Shown: positions 44,599 to 54,352, numbered from the stretch's first letter. The stretch is 64,000 nt of DNA from an uncultured Bifidobacterium sp. (GCA_964513215.1 CAZELU010000001.1:27773-91772), one strand, 5' to 3'. The notes: a model not told the origin generated them from the sequence alone. Translations and numbers: made by a program.

Positions 44599-45677
44599 AG
44601 AATCACGAGCGCGTCGCGATGCACGACGACGCTCGGTGACCCGTCATCGAGTTCGCTGGTTCGGCGGCCCGCGGCCACCCGAGCCTGCGCCGAGTTCATG
44701 ACCGCGCTTCCGCGCGCGACCACTCGACCATCGAGGGTCACCACGTCGATCGTGTCGCCCACTTCGAAGTCGCCGTCGACCGATCGCACACCGGCCGGCA
44801 AGAGCGAACTGGTACCACCGGCCACGGCTCGGGCCGCACCGTCGTCGACCGTGACGCGGCCGGCGATCTCGCTCGCGAACGCCAACCACAATTGTCGTGA
44901 GGACAGGTGGCGATCGGCTCCGTGGAACGTGGTCCCGATCGACTGACCACTGATGACTCCGAGCAGAACGTCGGGGATGGTGGCCCGCGCGATCACGGCA
45001 CGAATGCCCGACCACGACGCGATACGCGCCGCCGACAACTTGCTGGCCATTCCCCCGCTGCCGCGGTTCGAACCGGTGGCACCAGCCGACACCGCCATGA
45101 GGGGGTCGCCGGCCGCGACGTCGGAGACGAGGGTGGCCGAGGGATCGTGGCGGGGATCGGCGGTGTACAGGCCTTCGATGTCGGTGAGCAGAACGAGAAC
45201 ATCGGCCTTCAAGAGATGCGACAAGAGCGCCGCGATGTGGTCGTTGTCGCCGAACCGGATCTCGTCGTTCGCGATGGCGTCGTTCTCGTTGACCACCGGA
45301 ACACAGCCGAGTTCGAGCAGACACTCGAGCGTTTCGCGCGCGTGCAGATACTGCTGGCGGTCCATGAAGTCGTGCGGCACCAACAACACCTGCGCCGCCA
45401 CCAGCGAATGGTGCGCGAACTCGGCGTTGTACACCTCCATGAGTCGACTCTGACCGGCGGCCGACAGCGCCTGCAGCGTTCGCACGTCGGTCGGACGAGC
45501 CGACAAACCCAAGGCCGACACACCGGCCGACACCGCGCCCGAGGACACCAGCACCACCTCGTGGCCGGCCTGGCGAAGTTGCGCGATCTGGCGACAGATG
45601 TTGGCGATGACGGCGCGATCGATCACACCGAGAGAATCGGTGAGTGAGGACGTTCCGATCTTGGCGATGATGCGCAT
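44595..45677 (-). CDS. proB: Glutamate 5-kinase with C-terminal PUA domain
   Basis: KIGTSSLT, VLVSSGAVSAG, and a PUA-like C-terminus RVTVDDGAARAV...LLPAGV. Confidence 0.92.
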   Translation of the reverse strand: MRIIAKIGTSSLTDSLGVIDRAVIANICRQIAQLRQAGHEVVLVSSGAVSAGVSALGLSARPTDVRTLQALSAAGQSRLMEVYNAEFAHHSLVAAQVLLVPHDFMDRQQYLHARETLECLLELGCVPVVNENDAIANDEIRFGDNDHIAALLSHLLKADVLVLLTDIEGLYTADPRHDPSATLVSDVAAGDPLMAVSAGATGSNRGSGGMASKLSAARIASWSGIRAVIARATIPDVLLGVISGQSIGTTFHGADRHLSSRQLWLAFASEIAGRVTVDDGAARAVAGGTSSLLPAGVRSVDGDFEVGDTIDVVTLDGRVVARGSAVMNSAQARVAAGRRTSELDDGSPSVVVHRDALVIL

Positions 45678-45692
45678 GCGGTATCAGTCTCG

Positions 45693-46943
45693 TCAGCGGT
45701 CGGGCCGGTAGTCGAACGAAAATGCGCCGATCCAGACCACGTCGCCGTCACGGGCTCCGGCTCGCGCCAGCAAGCGCGGCACACCCAACTTCTTCAGACG
45801 TTCTTCGATGTAGTCGAGGGCCTCGGGAGTGGTGACGTCGTTCAGATGAACCGCGCGCTCGACCTTGCGTCCGTGCACGCGGTACTCGCGCTCGGCCACC
45901 CGCTCGATCCAGGCCCCGTCGGAGTCGGGCCGCAGGATCACCCGCGATTCGGACAGCGGTTCTTCTTGACGGGCCTCGTGCACGAGCGAAGCGAGTCGGC
46001 CCACCAGTTCGCGCACGCCCTGGTTGGTGACGGCCGAGATGGTCGGATGGTTCCAGGCCGACACCAGAGCCGGATCGGCCGAGTCGGTCTTGGTCCCGAC
46101 GACGACGCGGGGACGTTCGAGCAGTTCCGGGTCGTACTTCTCGAGTTCGTGAAGCAGCGTGTCGAGTTGAGCCTCGGGTGACGTGTCGTCGACCGGTGCC
46201 AGGTCGACCAGAACGCACAGCACTCGTGCCCGTTCGACGTGACGCAGGAAGCGATGTCCGAGTCCCTTGCCTTCGGCGGCCCCTTCGATGAGTCCGGGAA
46301 TGTCGGCCACCACGAAGTCGGTGTCGTCGTCGATGCGCACCACACCCAGATGCGGTTCGAGTGTCGTGAACGGATACGCCGCGATCTTCGGACGAGCCGC
46401 CGACACCACCGAGATGAGCGTGCTCTTGCCGGCATTGGGAAACCCGACCAGCGCCACGTCGGCCATCAGTTTGAGTTCGAGTTTGAGCCACCGCTCTTCA
46501 CCGTGTTCGCCCTGTTCGGCGAAACTCGGCGCCCGTCGGCGGTTGGTGAGGAATCGAGCGTTGCCGCGCCCACCGCGACCACCGTGGGCGGCCAGCCAGC
46601 GATCGCCGTGGTTCTGCAGGTCGGCCAGAACTTCTCCGGAGTACATGTCACGCACCACGGTTCCTTCCGGAACCTTCACGTCGAGACTCTCTCCGCGGCG
46701 CCCGTGAAGATCTTTGCCCTTGCCGTGCACGCCGTTGCCGGCGATTCGGTGCGGGTGATCGCGAAAAGCCAACAACGACGCCACGTTGCGGTCGGCCACC
46801 AGCCAGACGTCGCCGCCCTTGCCGCCGTCGCCACCATTGGGTCCACCCATGGCAACAGGACCTTCACGGCGGAACGACACGCATCCGGCTCCCCCGTCGC
46901 CGGCGCGCACGTTCAACTGGCACTCGTCGACGAACTGGCTCAT
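45693..46943 (-). CDS. obg: GTPase Obg/CgtA
   Basis: Gly-rich Obg fold (GDGGKGGDVW), G1 VGFPNAGKST, G3 DIPGLIEGA, and a C-terminal OCT-like domain. Confidence 0.95.
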   Translation of the reverse strand: MSQFVDECQLNVRAGDGGAGCVSFRREGPVAMGGPNGGDGGKGGDVWLVADRNVASLLAFRDHPHRIAGNGVHGKGKDLHGRRGESLDVKVPEGTVVRDMYSGEVLADLQNHGDRWLAAHGGRGGRGNARFLTNRRRAPSFAEQGEHGEERWLKLELKLMADVALVGFPNAGKSTLISVVSAARPKIAAYPFTTLEPHLGVVRIDDDTDFVVADIPGLIEGAAEGKGLGHRFLRHVERARVLCVLVDLAPVDDTSPEAQLDTLLHELEKYDPELLERPRVVVGTKTDSADPALVSAWNHPTISAVTNQGVRELVGRLASLVHEARQEEPLSESRVILRPDSDGAWIERVAEREYRVHGRKVERAVHLNDVTTPEALDYIEERLKKLGVPRLLARAGARDGDVVWIGAFSFDYRPDR

Positions 46944-46988
46944 GATGCGATCAACCTACTGCCACACCCCCGTCGTAGCCTGACGATC

Positions 46989-48122
46989 GTGAACGAGTCA
47001 CCGGTCGATCCCGACATCGCCGAACGGGCCGAACGCTGGGCCAGCACCATGGCCGGTACTCGCGACGACGCCATCACACTCGCTCACGCCGATTCGTGGG
47101 CCGGAACCGGTGAGGTCGGCCTCGTCGAACGCGCCGCACGCGAAGACCAACTCGACCGGACCATGGCCCGCTTGGCCACCCGGTCGGTCGGTGCCGGCCA
47201 ACGCGCAGTCGACGAAGATCCCGATCCGTTCCGTACCTGTTTCGAACGCGACCGCGATCGCATTCTCCATGCCACGTCGTTTCGTCGTCTGGCCGGCAAG
47301 ACCCAAGTCTTCGTGTTCCCCGACGACCATCAGCGCACGCGACTCACACACGCGCTCGAGGTGGCCCAAGTGGCCGTGTCGGTGGCCCGGCCGCTCGGCC
47401 TCAACGTCGCACTCACCGAAGCCATCGCCCTCGGCCACGACTGCGGTCACGGTCCGGGCGGCCACGCGAGCGAAGACGCGTTGTCGCCGTTCGTTCCCGG
47501 CGGATTCGATCACGCTCAATGGGGAGCCGACGTCACGCTCGTTCCGCTGAATCTGTGTGCCCAAACGCTCGATGGCATCCGCAACCACTCCTGGAGTCGC
47601 CCAGCCCCGTCCACACCCGAAGGTGAAGTGGTCAGCTGGGCCGATCGCATCGCCTACGTGTGCCACGACTTCGAAGACGCGGTGGCGGCTGGCATCGTCT
47701 CGGCCGAGAATCTTCCACCGTTGGTTCGGGCACGCTGCGGCGACACGCGTCAGAAGCAACTCAGCGCGTTCATTCGTTCCATGATCGCGGCCGCTGCCCA
47801 CACCGGTCGAGTGGGTATGGAACCCGAGGTTGCCGAAGCCCTCGCGCAGTTCCGCAAGTTCAACTACGAGAACATCTATCTGCGTCCGGCCAGCCGGGCC
47901 CAGGCCCAATCGGTGATCGATCTGCTCCGGGCGTTGGTCGAGCATTACGCGGCGCACCCCGGACTCCTGCCCGATCATCGTCAGGCACCGTCCGGTTCCG
48001 ACGAGGCGCTGTCAGCGGCCGTGGCCTACGTGGCCGGAATGACCGATCGGTACGCGTGCCGACAAGGAGTCGCGCTGCTCGACTGGCCGCTGCACAAACT
48101 GCCGCGCGGCATCGACATCTAG
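46989..48122 (+). CDS. dGTPase-like HD-domain triphosphohydrolase
   Basis: ORF 46239..48122 trimmed to GTG 46989, because the upstream part is antisense to obg. Motifs FERDRDRILHATSFRRLAGKTQV, RLTHALEVAQVA and LGHDCGHGPGGH. Confidence 0.85.
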   Translation: MNESPVDPDIAERAERWASTMAGTRDDAITLAHADSWAGTGEVGLVERAAREDQLDRTMARLATRSVGAGQRAVDEDPDPFRTCFERDRDRILHATSFRRLAGKTQVFVFPDDHQRTRLTHALEVAQVAVSVARPLGLNVALTEAIALGHDCGHGPGGHASEDALSPFVPGGFDHAQWGADVTLVPLNLCAQTLDGIRNHSWSRPAPSTPEGEVVSWADRIAYVCHDFEDAVAAGIVSAENLPPLVRARCGDTRQKQLSAFIRSMIAAAAHTGRVGMEPEVAEALAQFRKFNYENIYLRPASRAQAQSVIDLLRALVEHYAAHPGLLPDHRQAPSGSDEALSAAVAYVAGMTDRYACRQGVALLDWPLHKLPRGIDI

Positions 48123-48135
48123 TCGCGTTCGGCGA

Positions 48136-48390
48136 TTACTCAGCCGGAACGACGTCGACGACACGGCGTCCGCGCCGTTCGCCGAACTTCACCGCACCAT
48201 CGACGAGTGCGAACAACGTGTCGTCGCCACCGCGACCCACGTTCTTGCCCGGGTGGAACTTGGTGCCACGCTGACGAACCACGATGGTTCCGGCCGTGAC
48301 CTGAGTACCCGCGAACACCTTGATGCCGAGACGCTGCGCGTTGGAGTCGCGCCCGTTACGGGTTGAACCGCCACCTTTTGTCTTCGACAT
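48136..48390 (-). CDS. rpmA: 50S ribosomal protein L27
   Basis: [19 protein letters not shown]...[15 protein letters not shown]. Confidence 0.97.
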   Translation of the reverse strand: MSKTKGGGSTRNGRDSNAQRLGIKVFAGTQVTAGTIVVRQRGTKFHPGKNVGRGGDDTLFALVDGAVKFGERRGRRVVDVVPAE

Positions 48391-48393
48391 GGC

Positions 48394-48705
48394 TCAGCCT
48401 TTCGCGATCGCCGTGATCTCGACGACCTGATAGCGCTGACGGTGTCCGTACCGACGACGCTGGTTGGTGCGACGCTTGTACGTGAAGCCGTCGATCTTGG
48501 GACCCTGGGCGGTGCCGACCACACGGCCCGACACCTTGGCGCCGGCGAGTTGATCGGGCGTGGCGAGGACCTTGTCGCCGTCGACCACGAGCACAGGGGT
48601 GAAGTCGACTGCGGCGCCCTGTTCGACGCCCAGCAGTTCGACATGCACCTGCTGGCCTTGGGCCACACGGACCTGCTTGCCTCCGGTTGCGATGACTGCG
48701 TACAT
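48394..48705 (-). CDS. rplU: 50S ribosomal protein L21
   Basis: ORF trimmed to ATG 48705. The protein is 103 aa and reads MYAVIATGGKQVRV...KRRTNQRRRYGHRQ. Confidence 0.95.
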   Translation of the reverse strand: MYAVIATGGKQVRVAQGQQVHVELLGVEQGAAVDFTPVLVVDGDKVLATPDQLAGAKVSGRVVGTAQGPKIDGFTYKRRTNQRRRYGHRQRYQVVEITAIAKG

Positions 48706-48749
48706 AGCGACTGTCGACTCTACCTGGGCCGATGGGGGGTCACAACAAG

Positions 48750-50513
48750 TCAGACCAGTAGATCGTGGTCGACCACGACGCCTCGACCGGCGCAGATCTC
48801 GCACGGGTCGGCGAAGGCCGTGAGCAGGCCTTCTCCGATGCGCTTGCGGGTCATCTCCACCAATCCGAGCTCGGAGATTTCGAAGACCTGGGTCCGGGTC
48901 TTGTCGCGAGACAGGGCCGAACGGAAGGCATCCACCACCTTCTTGCGGTTCTCCTTGATCTCCATGTCGATGAAGTCGATCACGATGATTCCGCCGATGT
49001 CGCGCAGACGCAGCTGGTGAGCGATCTCCTCGGCCGCCTCCAGGTTGTTCTGGAACACGGTCGCCTCGAGATTTGACGTGCCGACGTTGCGGCCGGTGTT
49101 CACGTCGATCACGGTGAGGGCCTCGGTGTGCTCGATGATCAGCGACCCGCCCGATGGCAACCACACCTTGCGATCGAGCGCCTTGTGCACCTGCTCGTGC
49201 ACGTGGTGGCGTTCGAAGATCGGAAGACCCGACTCGTTGGGGTCGTAGTACTCGATGCGATCGGCGAGCTCGGGATTGAACGCCTCGACGTACGAGCGAA
49301 GATCTTCGTACAGCTGGCGATCGTCGATGGCGACTCCGCGGTACTCGGCGTTGAACTCCTCGCGGATCACGCGCACCGCGAGCGGTGGCTCGCGATACAG
49401 CAAGGTGGGCCCCGTGGCCTTGCGGGCCGCTTCCTCGATCTTGTTCCACTGATCGACCAAGCGAGTCATGTCAGCGCGCAATTCGTGCTCGGTGGCCGAC
49501 TCGGCGGCGGTCCGGACGATCAAGCCGTGCTCGGCCGGCTTCACACGATCGAGAATGTTGCGCAGACGCTTGCGCTCGTCGTCGGGTAGCCGCTTGGAGA
49601 TGCCGTACGTCTTGGAGTTGGGAATGAGGACCACGAACCGTCCCGGCAGCGACACCTCCTGGGTGAGGCGAGCACCCTTGACACCGATGGGGTTCTTGGT
49701 GACCTGACAGACGATCAACTGCTTGGCCCGCAGGATCTGCTCGATGCGCGGCTGACTGTCGACGATGTCTTCGGAGTCGTACTGCACGTCGCCCCGGTAC
49801 AGCACCGCGTTCTTGGGTGTCGCGATGTCGACGAAGGCCGCTTCCATCCCGGGCAGCACGTTCTGGACCTTGCCCACGTAGATGTTGCCGTGGATCTGCG
49901 AAATGTCGTCGGCCGGCCGGCTCACGTAATGCTCGATGAGGCTTCGACCCTCGAGAACGGCGACCTGAGTGAGGTGCGGGCGCACCTGAACGCACATGAA
50001 GTAGCGCCCGACGGGACGTCCGTTGCGCTCACGTCCGCGACGACGTTCTTGCACGTCGACATCGGAAGCCGGACCGCGACCTTCACCCCGTGAGCGGTCG
50101 CCACCCCGACCACCGCCGCTTCCGCGACGGCGCTTCTTCTTGGCCCCCTGGCCAGCATTCGTCGATGCACCGCTCGAATCGGCGCGCGCCCCGTCGGGTG
50201 TCTTGCCGGCGCGCTGGCCGCCCGGCATGGTGACCGATGGTTTCGGAGCCGGCCGAGTGTCGCCGATCTTCGGACGCTGAACGACCGCCGCCGCGCCGGC
50301 TTCCGGACTCGGGCGGCCTTCGGAGATTCGCTCGGGAAGTTCGTCGGGGTTCACCGGCTGTGCGTGACCGGTCGGCGGTTGGCCCGACGCGTCGGCAGCC
50401 GATTCGGGGCGCGGTGACTGCGATCGCGAACGGCCACGGCCTCCACGCGATCCGCGACGGCGCTTCTTCTTGGGGGGTGTCGACGGGTTATCCGACGGCG
50501 ATTCGTTGCTCAT
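48750..50513 (-). CDS. rne: Ribonuclease E/G family endoribonuclease with an Arg/Gly/Ser-rich N-terminal extension
   Basis: ORF trimmed to ATG 50513, with AAGGA 9 nt upstream. S1 domain GNIYVGKVQNVLPGMEAAFVDI, a catalytic core, and the C-terminal Zn-link CEICAGRG. The start is not certain. Confidence 0.88.
   Translation of the reverse strand: MSNESPSDNPSTPPKKKRRRGSRGGRGRSRSQSPRPESAADASGQPPTGHAQPVNPDELPERISEGRPSPEAGAAAVVQRPKIGDTRPAPKPSVTMPGGQRAGKTPDGARADSSGASTNAGQGAKKKRRRGSGGGRGGDRSRGEGRGPASDVDVQERRRGRERNGRPVGRYFMCVQVRPHLTQVAVLEGRSLIEHYVSRPADDISQIHGNIYVGKVQNVLPGMEAAFVDIATPKNAVLYRGDVQYDSEDIVDSQPRIEQILRAKQLIVCQVTKNPIGVKGARLTQEVSLPGRFVVLIPNSKTYGISKRLPDDERKRLRNILDRVKPAEHGLIVRTAAESATEHELRADMTRLVDQWNKIEEAARKATGPTLLYREPPLAVRVIREEFNAEYRGVAIDDRQLYEDLRSYVEAFNPELADRIEYYDPNESGLPIFERHHVHEQVHKALDRKVWLPSGGSLIIEHTEALTVIDVNTGRNVGTSNLEATVFQNNLEAAEEIAHQLRLRDIGGIIVIDFIDMEIKENRKKVVDAFRSALSRDKTRTQVFEISELGLVEMTRKRIGEGLLTAFADPCEICAGRGVVVDHDLLV
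50121..50143. repeat. Copy 1 of an exact 23-nt repeat (tccgcgacggcgcttcttcttgg) in the rne 5' region
   Basis: Identical to 50451..50473. It encodes the KKKRRRG part of a duplicated (P)KKKRRRGS-GGRG motif. Confidence 0.85.
50451..50473. repeat. Copy 2 of an exact 23-nt repeat in the rne 5' region
   Basis: Identical to 50121..50143, 330 nt away and in frame. Confidence 0.85.
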
Positions 50514-51246
50514 GAGGGAGTTCCTTTCGTGCGCGCACCGAGAAGGGCGCGCAGGGAGCGTCAGTGCGCTCGATCCATTGATGGGTCCGGATGACCCGTG
50601 ACATGACGTTCCAGGGCTCGTCGCCCGGGAACAGTGCGTCGACCAATTCGGTGGGCCGCACACCACGTCCGGACGTGGTGACGACCGCTTCGACGAGTGC
50701 CGAGGCGCTCACTTCTGAGCGCCAGTCGGCCGGAAGCACGGACGGATCGAAGTCCGTCCGCAATTCGAAGATGCCCGGACGAATGTCGTCGCGACGACGT
50801 TCGCCCTTGCGTTCGCGTTCGATCCAGAACTCGGGTGCCGCGACGAGTGCCGCGACTCGCGCCGCGGTGTCTTCGGCATCACGATCGATGGCCAACACCC
50901 ACGTGGTGGCCACGACGTCTTCTTGAATCGACTGCGGTCCGGCGACCCAGGCGCCGGTGACCTCGACACCAGCCGGCATCACGGCCGACAGGCGCGGGGC
51001 CAGATCGTCGAGTTCGCGCTCGGCCGAGGGAGCCGGGTCGAGCACGACGTCGAGAACTTCGACGAGCGACTCACCAGCCGTGGGCAACGCGAGACCGAAC
51101 GACACTTTGGGGCGGGGCGTGAATCCCGCCGACACGGCCACGTCGAGCTTCGCCTTGCGAAAGGCGCGCTCCCAGAGGTGGGCCATGTCGAGATGTCCGA
51201 GGAATCGGATCTTGCCGACCTTCGAATACGCGAGGCGCACTTTCAC
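50488..51246 (-). CDS. Radical-SAM-linked protein (DUF2344 / TIGR03936-like)
   Basis: ORF trimmed to GTG 51246, which forms a GTGA overlap with the radical SAM stop. It starts VKVRLAYSKVGKIRFLGHLDMAHLWERAFRKAKL...GFTPRPKVSFGLALP. The family name is from memory. Confidence 0.8.
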   Translation of the reverse strand: MKVRLAYSKVGKIRFLGHLDMAHLWERAFRKAKLDVAVSAGFTPRPKVSFGLALPTAGESLVEVLDVVLDPAPSAERELDDLAPRLSAVMPAGVEVTGAWVAGPQSIQEDVVATTWVLAIDRDAEDTAARVAALVAAPEFWIERERKGERRRDDIRPGIFELRTDFDPSVLPADWRSEVSASALVEAVVTTSGRGVRPTELVDALFPGDEPWNVMSRVIRTHQWIERTDAPCAPFSVRARKELPHEQRIAVG

Positions 51247-53165
51247 AGGCGCACCACCACCGGTACGTCGCCGCCGCGCGCGAGATCCTGACCTGTGCCC
51301 TGACTTCCTCCGGCCGGCGGAATCGGCGAGGCCACGACGTGCTCGAGTCCGTCGCCGGTGCAGACACCGCAGTCGTAACACGGAGTCCAACGGCAATCAG
51401 GCAGACCGTGTTCGTCGAGCGATGCGCGCCAGTCGTCCCACAAGAAGTCGCGGTGCAGGCCGGCGCTGAGGTGTTGCCACGGCAAGATCTCGTCTTCAGT
51501 GCGGTGACGCGTGGTGAACCATTCGACCGGGAGTCCTTCGGCCGCTGCCGCGTCGAGCCAGCGATCGAGATCGAAGAATTCGCTCCACTCCTGGAAGGTT
51601 CCGCCGTTGCGCCACACACGTTCGATGACTCGACCCACTCGGCGATCACCACGACTGGCCAGACCTTCGGCGAGTGAAGCCCGCGGGTCGTGCCACTTCA
51701 CTTGCACACCGCGCGACGCCGCGCCGCGAACGAGGTTGATCTTGCGCTGGAGTTCGTCGACGCCGTTCTGACCGAACCACTGGAACGGTGTGTGGGCCTT
51801 GGGTACGAAACCGCCCAGGCTCACCGTGACACTCGCGCGCGAGGTGTACTTCTTGCCGATGGCCACACATCCGGCCGCGAGTTCGGCGATTCCTCGGGTG
51901 TCGTCGTCGGTCTCGGTGGGCAATCCGGTCAGGAAGTAAAGCTTCGTGCGTGACCAGCCATTGGCGAAGGCCGACTCGACCGCACCGTACAGATCGGCTT
52001 CGGTGATGAGCTTGTTGATCACCTTGCGCAGGCGCCACGTCCCGGCTTCGGGTGCGAACGTGAGTCCGCTCCGACGTCCGCTCGCAACCTTGGCGGCCAA
52101 TCCCACCGTGAACGCATCGACACGCAATGACGGCAACGACACCGTGGGAGCACCACACGCGGTCGGGTCGGGCACGATGGACGATACGACGTCTTCGATT
52201 CCGCTGAAGTCGGCAGTGGACAGCGACGTGAGCGAAACCTCGTTGTATCCGGTGCGCTCGAGCCCGCGGGTGATCATTGTGCGCACCTGTTCGGCAGGCC
52301 GTTCGCGAACAGGGCGCGTGATCATGCCGGCCTGGCAGAAGCGGCACCCGCGCGTGCACCCGCGGAACACTTCGACGGCCAGGCGGTCGTGCACCACTTC
52401 GGTGAGTGGCGCCAGCGGACGGCGCGGATAGTCCCACTGCGCCAGGTCGGAGATGGTGCGCTTGGTGACGGTCGCGGGCACATCGGCGAACCGAGGGGTG
52501 ATGGAGACGGTCCGCTCCCCCTCGTACACCACGTCGTACAGACTCGGCACGTAGACGCCCGGGATGCGAGCGAGCTCGCGCCACAGACCTTCACGCGACG
52601 TACGACCCGACGCTTTCCAGTCACGCACGACTTCGTTGATCTCGCCGACGACCTCTTCGCCTTCGCCCAGCACGGCAGCGTCGATGAAATCGGCCAGCGG
52701 CTCAGGGTTGAAGGCGGCATGACCGCCGACGACGACCACCGGATCGGACGGTTCGCGGCGCGCGGTGTGCACCGGAATCCCCCCGAGGTCGAGCATGTTG
52801 AGCACGTTCGTGTACACGAGCTCGGCCGAGAGATTGAACGCGATCACGTCGAAGTCCCCGGCCGCGCGATGCGCGTCGACCGAGAAGAGCGGAATTCCAC
52901 GCTCGCGCATCAGGGCTTCGAGGTCGACCCACGGCGCGTACGTACGCTCGGCGACGGCGTCGGGGCGCTCATTCAGGATCTCGTACAGGATCTGCAGCCC
53001 TTGATTGGGCAGGCCGACCTCGTACACATCGGGATACGCGAGCAGCCAGGCGACTTTGCCCTGACCGTGACGCGGCTCGATGGCCCCGTCCTCGCACCCG
53101 ATGTAGCGGGCTGGTTTGCGCACCCTCGCCAGCAACGGTTCGACCCGCGACCAGAGGGAAGTCAT
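51243..53165 (-). CDS. Uncharacterised radical SAM protein (TIGR03960-like, 640 aa)
   Basis: ORF 51243..54458 trimmed to ATG 53165, 23 nt after the rodA stop. It starts MTSLWSRVEPLLARVRKPARYIGCE and carries the CX3CX2C motif FRGCTRGCRFCQAG. Confidence 0.85.
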   Translation of the reverse strand: MTSLWSRVEPLLARVRKPARYIGCEDGAIEPRHGQGKVAWLLAYPDVYEVGLPNQGLQILYEILNERPDAVAERTYAPWVDLEALMRERGIPLFSVDAHRAAGDFDVIAFNLSAELVYTNVLNMLDLGGIPVHTARREPSDPVVVVGGHAAFNPEPLADFIDAAVLGEGEEVVGEINEVVRDWKASGRTSREGLWRELARIPGVYVPSLYDVVYEGERTVSITPRFADVPATVTKRTISDLAQWDYPRRPLAPLTEVVHDRLAVEVFRGCTRGCRFCQAGMITRPVRERPAEQVRTMITRGLERTGYNEVSLTSLSTADFSGIEDVVSSIVPDPTACGAPTVSLPSLRVDAFTVGLAAKVASGRRSGLTFAPEAGTWRLRKVINKLITEADLYGAVESAFANGWSRTKLYFLTGLPTETDDDTRGIAELAAGCVAIGKKYTSRASVTVSLGGFVPKAHTPFQWFGQNGVDELQRKINLVRGAASRGVQVKWHDPRASLAEGLASRGDRRVGRVIERVWRNGGTFQEWSEFFDLDRWLDAAAAEGLPVEWFTTRHRTEDEILPWQHLSAGLHRDFLWDDWRASLDEHGLPDCRWTPCYDCGVCTGDGLEHVVASPIPPAGGSQGTGQDLARGGDVPVVVRL

Positions 53166-53188
53166 TTCTGCGATCCTACCCAGGGGTC

Positions 53189-54352
53189 TCAGCGCATTCG
53201 GCGCATATGGACGCTCTCGACCAGGCCGACGAGGATCGCGAACGCGACCAAGGACGAACCGCCGTACGAGAGGAACGGAAGGGGAACTCCGGTGACCGGC
53301 ATGATTCCCATGGTCATGCCGATGTTCTGGAACACGTGCCACATCACGATTCCGAACACGCCCGCGCAGATGTAGCTGCCGAATGCGTCCTTGCTCAGAT
53401 GGGCCACTCGCCAGATACGGAAGAGGAGAAGGCCGAACAACGCGAGGACGATGCCGCCGCCGATCATGCCGAACTGTTCGGCGATCGCCGAGAAGATGAA
53501 GTCGCTCTGCTGGACCGGGATGAACTTGCCGTTGGTGAGCGGCGCGTCGAGATAACCCTTGCCCCACCAACCACCGGTGGCAACTGCGCGTTTGGCGAAG
53601 CGAACCTGGAGAACCAAGTCCTTCAAGCCGTCCTCGGTGGAGTTCTGATTGAGGAAGGCTTCGATGCGACGCAACTGATAGCGGTCGACGATGCCCGCCA
53701 CCACGGCGGCCGCCACCGTGATGACAGTGAGGAACGCGATGAGCGCGAGATAGCGAAGTTTCGCGCCGGCCATGAGCAGGATCGTGAGGGCCCCGACGAT
53801 CATCACGAATGCCGAGCCGAGGTCGGGTTGAACGATGATCAGAACGGTCGGAATGCCGACGACGACCAGCCCGCCGATGAACCGCGAATAGCTCAGTGAT
53901 TCTTCGCGGACCTCGGACAAGTACGACGCCAACGCGAGAACAACGGCTGGTTTGGCGAACTCGGCCGGTTGGAACGACACCGGTCCGAAGTCGAACGACA
54001 GACGAGCGCCCCCGCGCAACGCACCAGCCGCTAGCACCAACACCAGAGCCACGACCGCGCATCCGTACAGGAAGAAGGCTCGTTCTCGCAGCAAGGTGTA
54101 GTCGAACGACATGACCGCGATCATCACCACCACGGCGACGATCAGGAACAGGACCTGTCGCAGCGTGTACCAGTACGGATCGTCGTCGACTTTCCAGAAC
54201 GTGGCGCTGTAGATGGCGAAGGTGCCGATGATCCCGAGCAAAGCGACCGGCGCGAGAATGAGCCAGTCGATGTTGCGACTCGGTTGACCCGGGCTCGAAC
54301 GGATGTTGCCGAGTCCACCGTCGGGTTTGCGCTGCAGGATGGGCAGGGCCAT
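53189..54352 (-). CDS. rodA: SEDS-family rod shape-determining protein RodA
   Basis: ORF trimmed to ATG 54352, which forms a TGATG overlap with the mrdA stop. Contains PVQQSDFIFSAIAEQFG and is a multi-pass membrane protein. Confidence 0.9.
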   Translation of the reverse strand: MALPILQRKPDGGLGNIRSSPGQPSRNIDWLILAPVALLGIIGTFAIYSATFWKVDDDPYWYTLRQVLFLIVAVVVMIAVMSFDYTLLRERAFFLYGCAVVALVLVLAAGALRGGARLSFDFGPVSFQPAEFAKPAVVLALASYLSEVREESLSYSRFIGGLVVVGIPTVLIIVQPDLGSAFVMIVGALTILLMAGAKLRYLALIAFLTVITVAAAVVAGIVDRYQLRRIEAFLNQNSTEDGLKDLVLQVRFAKRAVATGGWWGKGYLDAPLTNGKFIPVQQSDFIFSAIAEQFGMIGGGIVLALFGLLLFRIWRVAHLSKDAFGSYICAGVFGIVMWHVFQNIGMTMGIMPVTGVPLPFLSYGGSSLVAFAILVGLVESVHMRRMR

